DNA of 64,000 bases, from assembly GCA_963804165.1 (NCBI GenBank), contig CAWDPO010000003.1:64001-128000 (forward strand), in the 5' to 3' direction. Below are positions 50,750-60,151 of the stretch, one piece after another. The position numbers were made by a program, and so were the translations under genes. The stretch's first letter is position 1, and each line of letters opens with the position of its first letter. Source of the stretch: an uncultured delta proteobacterium. GTDB taxonomy: Bacteria; Desulfobacterota; Binatia; UBA9968. The notes beneath the pieces were generated by a model. That model was not told the DNA's origin. It saw only the letters and a list, made by a program, of their open reading frames with translations, and ran no database searches.

Positions 50750-51022
50750 ATGAAAAAGAAACAATTTCGAAGGCGGCGTTTCACGCTTCACTGGGGCGGC
50801 GGTTGGGTCACCGAAGAGGCGCGCTCGATTACGCAATATCACGAGCCGTCGATCCAGCTACTGTCCTTCGATTCGGGAGCGAAATCGCTGCGCTTTTGTT
50901 ACTACCACGACGGGGTCTTTCAAGGCGGGCCGCTGATCGTAAGCGAGTCCCAACTCGCCGGTTTGCGCCGGGAGATCCGCAAAAACAAAGCGCTCCATGC
51001 GTTGATGAAAAAATTGGTTTGA
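50750..51022 (+). CDS. Small hypothetical protein
   Basis: 90-aa ATG ORF filling the intergenic space. Confidence 0.6.
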   Translation: MKKKQFRRRRFTLHWGGGWVTEEARSITQYHEPSIQLLSFDSGAKSLRFCYYHDGVFQGGPLIVSESQLAGLRREIRKNKALHALMKKLV

Positions 51023-51177
51023 ATGGATCTTCGCAAAAACTTGTGTCGGGATCCGGGGGAGACTGCGCGCACCGTTGTGCAACGTCCCTTGACATTGCGC
51101 TGCAAAATTCGATGACCGAAAAGCTGTTCGTCCTAGTTGCTTGCTCTAGCTGGAGGAAGCGGGGGTGGGCCGTAAGC

Positions 51178-52728
51178 TCAGTTTTGCGCGGCGACGCGTG
51201 CGGCGACTTCGCTGCGAATGAATCCCGGCGGGCGGCCGTGTTTCGAGTGGATTTCCAGCCAGCCGTCGCGGCTGTTGACAACGTTGACTTTCAGGCCCGG
51301 TTCGATATCGCCGATCGACTGCGAGAATTCACTCGGCGCGGCATAGACTCGGCTCGCGCGGGTAATTTTATAGGTGGCTGCGACTCGTGATGGTGGCTTT
51401 ACCGGCAGGGCCAGGTTGGCGCTTTCGCGATTGTCCCTGACAGCGGGCCGGACCGCGTCTTTCACCGCGGAGGGCGCGGGTGCGGCCTCGGGTGCGACGG
51501 CGGTGGCCTGGATGCTGGCGGTTAATTCACGTTCGGGCTGCTTCGGCAGACCATCGTTACTGCTGGCAGTAACCGTCGGCACCGTCGATTCGGAGGAGTC
51601 CAAGTCAACGTACCAGGCTCCAAGTGCTCCCGCGGCCATCAACAAAACCACCACAGAAAAAATGCCAAACCGGCGCGCTCGTTTTGGTTCCGCTTGCGCA
51701 ACAGCCGCGGGTTGCTCCGGCTCCAGCGGGGCAGCACTTGGTGCCGCCGTCGACTGGCTGGCAATCCCGTTCGTGAGCGAAGTCGTTGCTTGCACCGCCT
51801 GGACGGGAGCGGCCATAAGCCGAGCAAAGGCTTCTAAATCGTCCTGAAGCTCGCGCTGTTTTTCGACGACTGAAACTTGTTTAGAGATCAGTTCGCTATA
51901 GGGCTTTTGTAGTGCGCTGATCTGCTGGCGATGCGCTTCCGCCTCCGCGATGCGCGCTTGCCACCGAGGAATCTCCTCGTCGCGGCGGCGGATCTCGTCG
52001 CACAGGGCCTGTTGAGCTTGCTCGGACTCAGCGCAACGGGCGCGCAGCGTGTCCAGTTCGTGAAGTTTTTCTCGGCCCGCTGAAATTTCGCTATCCATTT
52101 CGGTTATGCGCGCCTGCAAGCGTTGGCGTTCTTCGAGGTGTTTAGCTTCCAGCGCGTCGACGTTGACCACGTTCCGTTGAGCGGTTTCGAGCCCGCCAAG
52201 TTTTGCCTGGCTATCGTCGAGTTTCTGTCGCAGCTCGGCAATTTCGCTCTGTGCCTGAGCCAACAGTTGTTGGCTAACGTCTTGCTGAGCTGTGACCGAG
52301 CCTTGGGATTGTGTCTCGTTGACTTGCAGCCGGCTGCGCAGTTCGTTCAATTCCATTTTCAATTGCTCGTTGGACAAACGGAGTTGACGCGCTTCATCCT
52401 GATCACCGGCGTTGCTCTGCTGCGTCGCTTCCAACTCTGCGATGGTTCTCCGGCTTAATTCCAGCTTGCCGGAAAGCCCGGCCATTTGACTGTGGAGGTC
52501 CTGGTTAGCTGCGCGCAGCTCCGCCAATTGCGCGAAGTTGTCTTGCTGCGGCACAATCGCTTGTGGCGGCACATTTCCCTGCGGAGCATCTTCCAGTTTG
52601 GCGAGCAAGTTCTCGATCTCGCGCCGCTTATTTCTAAGCTCTCTTTCCGATGCGATCAAAAAGACACCCAGTAAAGCGATAGCTGCGCCGGCAAACATTA
52701 CGATCCAAACAAACAGGCTTTGCATCAT
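51178..52728 (-). CDS. Membrane-anchored coiled-coil protein with C-terminal SH3-like domain
   Basis: N-terminal TM, long Q/E/L heptads, second TM, VYAAPS...VNVVNSRDGWLEI...GFI. Confidence 0.8.
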   Translation of the reverse strand: MMQSLFVWIVMFAGAAIALLGVFLIASERELRNKRREIENLLAKLEDAPQGNVPPQAIVPQQDNFAQLAELRAANQDLHSQMAGLSGKLELSRRTIAELEATQQSNAGDQDEARQLRLSNEQLKMELNELRSRLQVNETQSQGSVTAQQDVSQQLLAQAQSEIAELRQKLDDSQAKLGGLETAQRNVVNVDALEAKHLEERQRLQARITEMDSEISAGREKLHELDTLRARCAESEQAQQALCDEIRRRDEEIPRWQARIAEAEAHRQQISALQKPYSELISKQVSVVEKQRELQDDLEAFARLMAAPVQAVQATTSLTNGIASQSTAAPSAAPLEPEQPAAVAQAEPKRARRFGIFSVVVLLMAAGALGAWYVDLDSSESTVPTVTASSNDGLPKQPERELTASIQATAVAPEAAPAPSAVKDAVRPAVRDNRESANLALPVKPPSRVAATYKITRASRVYAAPSEFSQSIGDIEPGLKVNVVNSRDGWLEIHSKHGRPPGFIRSEVAARVAAQN

Positions 52729-52771
52729 CGTCTCCTAATCTATATTTTTACACGGTTCATTATCCAACTTC

Positions 52772-52786
52772 GCCAAATATATGCCA
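52772..52786 (-). promoter_or_regulatory. Possible sigma54 promoter
   Basis: Minus strand TGGCAT-ATATT-TGGC with GG-N10-GC spacing, ~45 bp upstream of the 52728 start. Confidence 0.4.
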
Positions 52787-53031
52787 AGGTAAAAGAACGA
52801 CCCTTGATTACCCGCATTGCTTGCATCTCGGCTAGTTTTTACTTGGAAGGGCATAATTTGCAGCTTCGCCGAGGAAGATTACGAACAAATTCGTGAACTC
52901 TGAAGAATTTTGTAACTGCTTGACCAGTAACGATTTTCTGCTCCAGAGCCGTTCAATGAAAGGCGCCTCCGGACCCCGTCGCTCGCAACACCTCATAAAC
53001 TGGAAACTTGGAAAAGATCTTACGTGAGTGC

Positions 53032-54453
53032 ATGAACCGCGAAACGCTGATCCCCAGTTCTGTGCATTATTCGCGCAGCGAAGAGCGAGCCATACTAACG
53101 GTTACTTGTCTGGCGGCGTTTCTCTTTTTCAATAGTTTCGGCAGCATCGGTGTCGCCTTGCCGGCGATTCAAAAGCAGTTTGGCAACAGTTTATCGGAGA
53201 TACAGTGGGTCACATTGATGGGAGTGGTGACGATATCGAGTTTGTCGTTCTGCTTCGGGCGCGCCGGCGGGATCCTTGGCCAGAGGCTCCTTTACAAAAT
53301 CGGTGTGGCGCTCTACGCCGCGGGCGCGGGACTCGGCGCCATATCGGGTTCGTTTAGCGAGCTCTTCGTGGCGCGCGCGGTGATGGCCGTTGGACTTGCG
53401 ATGGCCTTGCCTATGTCGACGGCGATTCTTGCCGTCAGTTTCGACTCCAACCGGCGCGGTCAGGTCCTTGGCCTGTTCGCGTCGGCCGTCGCCGTCGGAC
53501 GAATGACCGGCCCTACGATCGGCGGTTTTCTCCGACACTTCGGTGACTGGCAGTGGATTTTTTGGATGAATTTTTTAGTCGGTTCCGCGGTTACGGCGGC
53601 GGTGATCAAAATTTTTCGCGGTGCCGGCGAGCGCCGTCGTGACCAATTTGATTTCTCCGGCGCCCTAGCGTTGCTGATCGGTTATCCGGCACTTTTGCTA
53701 GGATTGACGTTCGCCGCCAGCGAAGGCTGGACATCTTCGTTCGTCGTGAGCTCATTCGCCGTGGCGACGATCGGTCTCTTCAGCTTTGTGTGGATCGAAC
53801 TCCACACGACTGAGCCGCTCATCGACATTCGTATCTTCAAGCAGAGGATGCTCGCGGCCGCATTAGTCACCGTAGCGCTAAGTAACATGATCCATTATCC
53901 GATCGCGCTATGCGCGCCGCTTTATCTCCAAAACGTGCTCGGTTCATCGGCGGTGGCCGCCGGATTGATGCTTGCCGTGTTGCCGCTTGCTACGGCCCTC
54001 GCTTCGCCGCTCAGCGGTCGGCTGGCCGACCGCTTCGATGCTGCGACGGTGGCAAGCAGCGGATTGCTGCTGATCGTTGTGGGGATTGCTTGCTATTCCC
54101 GGCTCGCGGCAAATTCCGGCTATGCTATCGTCATTGTGGTGCTAATTTTCGTGGGAGCCGGAATCGGTGTCTTTACGCCGGCCAATCAAACGGTGGCCTT
54201 TGCCGCCGTGAAACAACAGGACTACGGCATCCTGGCAGCCATGCTCAGCTCCTTCGGAACGGCTGCCGGAACGATCGGTACGACGATCGCCGTGGCTTTG
54301 ATGGAGCTCGACGCCGGACAAAAGCTCTGGAGTAGGGCTGAAGCATTTGCCGGCGCGCAGCAATTTGCGTTTGCTTGTCTGGCGCCGATCGGGTTAGTAG
54401 CTCTGATCATTGCACTCATGACCCGGCGCGGCGATCAGCGGACGGTGTCATGA
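53032..54453 (+). CDS. MFS transporter (DHA2-like, 14 TM)
   Basis: ALPAIQ, GPTIGG, WIFWMN, EPLID, SGRLADR. Confidence 0.9.
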   Translation: MNRETLIPSSVHYSRSEERAILTVTCLAAFLFFNSFGSIGVALPAIQKQFGNSLSEIQWVTLMGVVTISSLSFCFGRAGGILGQRLLYKIGVALYAAGAGLGAISGSFSELFVARAVMAVGLAMALPMSTAILAVSFDSNRRGQVLGLFASAVAVGRMTGPTIGGFLRHFGDWQWIFWMNFLVGSAVTAAVIKIFRGAGERRRDQFDFSGALALLIGYPALLLGLTFAASEGWTSSFVVSSFAVATIGLFSFVWIELHTTEPLIDIRIFKQRMLAAALVTVALSNMIHYPIALCAPLYLQNVLGSSAVAAGLMLAVLPLATALASPLSGRLADRFDAATVASSGLLLIVVGIACYSRLAANSGYAIVIVVLIFVGAGIGVFTPANQTVAFAAVKQQDYGILAAMLSSFGTAAGTIGTTIAVALMELDAGQKLWSRAEAFAGAQQFAFACLAPIGLVALIIALMTRRGDQRTVS

Positions 54454-54489
54454 AGATTTGATGCCTAGGCTTCACTCAGAGGTACAGAA

Positions 54490-55458
54490 ATGGTTATCGA
54501 TTTTCAGCATCACTACATCCCAATAGAGTTGGCGAAAAAACGCGGCCTGTACTCGGCGACGGGCAGAACCATGCGGCAAGAGGGTGGCCTGCCGGCGACG
54601 ACCATGCATCAACGGCTCTATGATTTGGACCTGCAGCTCGACGATATGGCACAAGCCGGTATCGATGTCTCCGTTCTTTCTTGTCTTCTCGGCTGGTCCG
54701 CGCCGCTGGAAGAGTGCCGTTTCATCAACGATGATCTGGCGGCGGTCAAAAAAAAATACCCGCGCAGCTTCGTCGGCTTGGCCCAAGCGCCGATCCTGGA
54801 CGGCGAGCCGGCGCTGGATGAGCTGCGTCGGGCGATCAACGATCTGGGCCTGCGCGGCGTGACGATTACTTCTCAAGTCAGCGGCTTGTCGCTCGATTCC
54901 CACAGGCTCTACGATTTCTATGAAACCGTGTGCAAACTCGACGCTCTTGTGTTTGTTCATCCCGCTTTAGTGCCGACGGGCTACGAGCATTTGAAAGACT
55001 ATGATTTGCCGCGCGTGCTTGGCCGTGAGGTAGATCTGACGGTCGCGACGACGAGGTTGATCGCCGGCGGGATCTTCGATCGATTTCCCAATCTCAAGAT
55101 CGTCATGGCTCATTTTGGCGGCGGGATCGCGGCGGTCAAAGACCGTTTAGTCGGCAAAGGATACCGTTTCGGCTCGTTGCAAAAGCCCTTCGCGGAGTAT
55201 TTCGACGGGATCTATTTCGACATGGCAGGCTTCGAAGGCGGTCTCGCAGCGCTTCGATGCGCGCTGCAGGGGATCAAACCTGAACGCCTGATCTTCGCCA
55301 GCGACTATCCGCAGGACTTCACCGGCGTCAACACGGACACCGGCAAAGGTATGACGGAACTAAAAAATTACGTCGATACGGTCAGGAAACTTGCTATCAA
55401 CGCCGATAGCATCGAGCGGATACTCGGAGGCACGGCGGCCGAGCTATTGAGGCTTTGA
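54490..55458 (+). CDS. Amidohydrolase_2 (ACMSD-like decarboxylase/hydrolase)
   Basis: IDFQHH, FVHP, AHFGGG, FASDYP. Confidence 0.88.
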   Translation: MVIDFQHHYIPIELAKKRGLYSATGRTMRQEGGLPATTMHQRLYDLDLQLDDMAQAGIDVSVLSCLLGWSAPLEECRFINDDLAAVKKKYPRSFVGLAQAPILDGEPALDELRRAINDLGLRGVTITSQVSGLSLDSHRLYDFYETVCKLDALVFVHPALVPTGYEHLKDYDLPRVLGREVDLTVATTRLIAGGIFDRFPNLKIVMAHFGGGIAAVKDRLVGKGYRFGSLQKPFAEYFDGIYFDMAGFEGGLAALRCALQGIKPERLIFASDYPQDFTGVNTDTGKGMTELKNYVDTVRKLAINADSIERILGGTAAELLRL

Positions 55459-56010
55459 TCGCGCGCTTACAGGTCTCGCCAGATTTGCTTCGACATAGCC
55501 GGGCTTGTTGCCGCGTTTCGACTCGACTTTCAGCCAGCCGTTGTCTTCTTCGACGACATTGAGCTCGGTTCCCTTCGAGATGTCGGCGACGACTGGATAA
55601 TGCAATCCCGGCCCGCTCCTCACCTGAGTGTTCGTAAGCGCTTCGTACTTGCCGTCAAGCCGCGGGTTGAGAGCATCCTTAGCGTCGCCGGCCGCCGAAG
55701 GTCTTACCGCGGCCATTTCAATGAAGCCGGGTGCATTGCCTTTTTTGGAGACGATCAGCACCCAATCGCCGTCCCTGCCAACGACTGTCACTTTGGCGTC
55801 ACGGCCAATCTCGGCGATGGTGCGAAATTGCTGCCCGGGGCCAGTGCGCACTTTGGTATTTTCCGTGGTCACGTAGGGTCGAGCTTGTTCGTTGAGATCG
55901 GGGAGATCCTTCGGTTGCGGAGTTTTTTCCTCGTTTTTGCATCCGAACGAAGCCAACGCGATCAGCGCGACAAGAGCCCATGAAGTAACGCGAAACCCGA
56001 ATTGGATCAT
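55444..56010 (-). CDS. Tandem SH3 domain lipoprotein
   Basis: Lipobox SFGC; two VRxGPG...W repeats. Confidence 0.85.
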   Translation of the reverse strand: MIQFGFRVTSWALVALIALASFGCKNEEKTPQPKDLPDLNEQARPYVTTENTKVRTGPGQQFRTIAEIGRDAKVTVVGRDGDWVLIVSKKGNAPGFIEMAAVRPSAAGDAKDALNPRLDGKYEALTNTQVRSGPGLHYPVVADISKGTELNVVEEDNGWLKVESKRGNKPGYVEANLARPVSARSKPQ

Positions 56011-56140
56011 CTGTGGCCTCCTAAATACTACTCAGTCGCGATAAGTATAACATGCTTTGGATAAACGTTAATTATTCCGTGCGACGTCGGCCGGACCGGC
56101 AGCCGTAACGGAAGTTCGCGCTTTGGGGCAATAAATTTCA

Positions 56141-56557
56141 TCAGATTTCTTTCCAGACCTTCGCCAGGCTTTCCCCATAGACGCTCAAATCCCACTCGCA
56201 GAAGTAGCCGAACGGCGTCGTCCAAACCTGGTAACCGCTCTCGCTCAGCCGCTCCGCGACGACGCTGATGAATGCTTCGGCAAAGGCCGACTCGCCAGTG
56301 TTGCCGCCCAGATGAGTAAAAGAGTGCAAGACGATATTTTTGAACGATCGTTTGTTGGCCAGCCACTTGATGTGTTTTAGGGTTTGTCTAAAGACCGAAG
56401 CACGGCGCTCACCGAGCGCATCGGAAACTTCGCCGTGGATGAAAACGACGAGAGTGTCTTGAACCTCCCGGTCAATTTCTTGATCGGAAACATCGGCAAG
56501 GGTTTTTGAGTGGGTCTTCCAGCGAAAGCGCTTGGCCTGGAAACAGAGAAGCTTCAT
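56141..56557 (-). CDS. Free-standing archaeal-type threonyl-tRNA synthetase editing domain (DTD-like fold)
   Basis: VVFIH, IVLHSFTHL, TPFGY..W..SVYGESLA resemble archaeal ThrRS N-terminal motifs (V.YPFAHL, APFGYY...GHPLA). Confidence 0.8.
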   Translation of the reverse strand: MKLLCFQAKRFRWKTHSKTLADVSDQEIDREVQDTLVVFIHGEVSDALGERRASVFRQTLKHIKWLANKRSFKNIVLHSFTHLGGNTGESAFAEAFISVVAERLSESGYQVWTTPFGYFCEWDLSVYGESLAKVWKEI

Positions 56558-56571
56558 TGCCTGGGGCTCAC

Positions 56572-57134
<563 letters not shown>

Positions 57135-57138
<4 letters not shown>

Positions 57139-58622
57139 CGCTTTCTCCACCGTTCGGCGAGCTCGACGGCTTTGAACATGGCGCGCGCTTTGTTGAGCGT
57201 TTCCTGGTATTCCATTTTTGGATCTGAGTCGGCAACGATGCCTGCGCCGGCCGTGATATAGACTTTTTTCCCTTTCATCACGATGGTGCGGATGACGATG
57301 CAAGTATCCAGGTTTCCGTTGTAGCCGAAGTAGCCGATGGCGCCGGCATAAAGGCCGCGGTTTTGCGGCTCTAATTCGCCAATGATCTGCATGGCGCGAA
57401 TTTTCGGCGCTCCGGAAACCGTACCGGCCGGAAACGCGGACACAAAGAGATCGAAAGCCGTTTTGTCCGCGGCTAATTTGCCGCGCACGTTGGAGACGAT
57501 GTGAATGACATGAGAATAGCGTTCGATCTCCATTAATTCGTTGACTTCGACAGTGCCGATCTCGGCGACGCGACCGACATCGTTGCGCCCCAGGTCGACG
57601 AGCATGATATGTTCGGCGCGCTCTTTAGGATCTGCCAGCAAATCGGCTTCAAGCTCGCGTTCTTCTTCGGGCGTGGTGCCGCGGCGGCGCGTGCCGGCGA
57701 TGGGGCGCAACTCAATAGTGTCGCCGGTCAGACGAACCATCGTCTCCGGCGATGAGCCGATGACCCGGAGGTCCTCCAGCTCCAAATAGAACATATAGGG
57801 AGAGGGGTTGACGAAGCGTAGGGCGCGGTAAATTTCAAAAGGATCCGTGTTCGTCTCGGTTTCGAGCCGTTGGCTGAGCACGACTTGAATGACGTCGCCG
57901 GCCTTGATGTATTCCTTGGCTTTGTCTACGGCTTTTTCAAAACCGCTCTCGGTCAAATTCGAGCGAAATTTTCGGTTGGTTTTGCTTTGAGTTAAATCCC
58001 TGGGCTCGATCCCGCGTGGCTTCTTCTGCAGACTGGAAATCACCTTTCGGATTCGATTGACTGACGCGTCGTAGGCCCTGCGAAGGTTGGTCTGTTCTGT
58101 CAATTGAACGTTATCGATCACTTTGATCGTGTGTTTCAAATTATCAAATGCGACCAGAGTCTGGACAAAAACGAAAAAAATCTCGGGCATGCCGAGCGGA
58201 TCCTTCTTGCCGCCGGCGATATCGTGAAGTTGCTGCACGGCATTGTAAGAAACGTAACCGAGGGCGCCGCCAAAAAAAGGCGGAACCCCCGGCACCGCGA
58301 CAGGTTGGCAACCCTGCAGCAATCCCTCCAAGATTTTTAACGGAGCCGCGGAAGTCAACCTACGTGATTTGCTGCCGTCGAGTATTTCAACTTGATCGCC
58401 TTGGGCCTTAAAGACCCGGTACGGTCGCGTCCCTAAGAAGGAATAACGCGCCCAGCGCTCGCTGCCTTCGACGCTTTCAAGCAAGAATGAATATCTGTCG
58501 CGCTCGAGGCGCTTAAAAAAAGACAACGGTGTTTCAAGGTCCATCAGCAACTCTTGGTACACCGGTATCAAGTTGCCCTGCTTGGCGAGCGCGCAAAATT
58601 CTTTATAGGTCGGGTGGATCAT
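57135..58622 (-). CDS. trpE: Anthranilate synthase component I
   Basis: FLLESV, NPSPYM, PIAGT, EHIMLVDLGRND, PAGTVSGAPK. Confidence 0.95.
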
Positions 58623-58631
58623 CTGTCTAAG

Positions 58632-58670
58632 AAAACAAAAAGGGCCATAGGTTTACCACCTATGGCCCTT
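58632..58670 (-). terminator. trp attenuator terminator
   Basis: 13-bp perfect stem AAGGGCCATAGGT/ACCTATGGCCCTT followed by a U tract, ~10 nt before the trpE ATG. Confidence 0.9.
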
Positions 58671-58692
58671 GTACCATGCGATCGCTAGGGAA

Positions 58693-58770
58693 CTAGCCAC
58701 GGCGGAGACGCTGACTCGAGTGCCAGCGCCACCAACCCGAAGTTGTCTGTGCGATTCCTTGCCGAGGCAT
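58693..58770 (-). CDS. trpL: trp operon leader peptide MPRQGIAQTTSGWWRWHSSQRLRRG
   Basis: 25 codons including TGG TGG CGC TGG, directly upstream of the terminator and trpE. Confidence 0.88.
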   Translation of the reverse strand: MPRQGIAQTTSGWWRWHSSQRLRRG

Positions 58771-59137
58771 AGTGGGGCTATATTGCAATATTGAATGTCA
58801 GCGGTCAAGTGCGAGCTAACGTCACTTTCCGACGCTTTGTTGCAAATATGAGGATTTGACAAGTCAATAATGCCGTGATTATGCGACGGTTCACTGCTGA
58901 TGAGTTCTTTCGCGCATTTGTGACGAATGCGTTCTACCCAATATTCTCCCGATTGTATTTGACGAATTGAGTGCTCAATAGGACGTCCGAGCACTTCATT
59001 GCCGAGGGCAATTCGAGTGCTTAACGCCGTTTGACATCAAATAACCTCTGGGTTAGGTTAAAACGCTTTTTTGGAACGGCCATTCAGTTGTTCTAAATGG
59101 TGTTATAAATTTTTAGCAAAATTCAACCGGAGGAATC

Positions 59138-59917
59138 ATGGTGCGGCGTGAGAAGTCCAACTACGTCATTCAGTCTGTCTCCCATGCGCTCGACGTCTTG
59201 GAGCAGTTCAATGGTAATGTCGATGAAATCGGAGTCACCGAGCTGAGCAAACGGCTGAAGCTGCATAAAAACAATGTTTTTCGATTACTCGCTACGCTCG
59301 AAGCGCGCGGTTATATTGAACAAAATAAGGTGACGGAGAATTACCGTTTGGGTCTGAAGTGTCTCCAACTCGGTCAAACCTTCATCCATCAAATGGGCTT
59401 ACTGCTGCAATCAAGAGCGATACTGGAGGAGTTATCGAAAACCACCAAAGAAAGCGCATATGTTGCGATTCGCAAGGGGAGTGCGATTATTCCTCTCGAT
59501 TTCGTCGAGCCGGCGCGTACGGTACGCGTGGTCTCCTTTTTAGGCACCGTCTTGCCGCCGCATTGCACTGCGGCTGGCAAAGTGCATCTGGTCTTTGAGC
59601 TCGACGGAGCTGCGGGCCAGAATCTGCCGGAGCGCCTGGAGCGCTACACGGAAAGAACCATCGTCGATCGCAACGTCTTACGGGAGCAGATGACGATGAT
59701 CGGCGAGTCTGGGTATGCCGTGGAACGCGGCGAGTTCGCCGAGGAAGTGAATGCGGCTGCTGTGCCGATCCGGGACTATACTCGCTCGCTGGTCGGCACG
59801 CTGGCTGTCGTCGGTCCGGGATACCGCCTCAGCGACGAAACCATTAATGCTGAAATCGCACCTTTGTTACTGAAGGCCGGGACCGAATTGTCCAAGCGCC
59901 TCGGCTTTCCCGGTTAA
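59138..59917 (+). CDS. IclR family transcriptional regulator
   Basis: IQSVSHALDVL HTH, HCTAAGK, AVPIRD; GGAGG RBS. Confidence 0.95.
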   Translation: MVRREKSNYVIQSVSHALDVLEQFNGNVDEIGVTELSKRLKLHKNNVFRLLATLEARGYIEQNKVTENYRLGLKCLQLGQTFIHQMGLLLQSRAILEELSKTTKESAYVAIRKGSAIIPLDFVEPARTVRVVSFLGTVLPPHCTAAGKVHLVFELDGAAGQNLPERLERYTERTIVDRNVLREQMTMIGESGYAVERGEFAEEVNAAAVPIRDYTRSLVGTLAVVGPGYRLSDETINAEIAPLLLKAGTELSKRLGFPG

Positions 59918-60151
59918 GGCTGAGATTGTTGACGGTGCCCCGCTCAAACGTAATAAGTCCTACGCACGTACGGTTTGTGTCATTTTAAATCAACGTCGGT
60001 CTTGTCTCCCTCAACCAATCCGCGGGATAAAAATATTCGGTTAGGGGAACTGCACGAACCCGACTTTAGCGCTGCTTTACTGCGAACGATTTTGACAGAC
60101 CGCTCCCGGTAACGGTAAGAAAGGAGTGAAACGGAGGTCCGTGAGACCGCA

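Noticed and set aside
57139-57303. N-terminal extension of TrpG
   Set aside because: It overlaps trpE; the canonical start MILLIDNYDSF is at 57138
58988-59024. CIRCE-like inverted repeat (AGCACT...AGTGCT)
   Set aside because: The spacer is about 18-20 bp rather than 9, and no chaperone gene is adjacent
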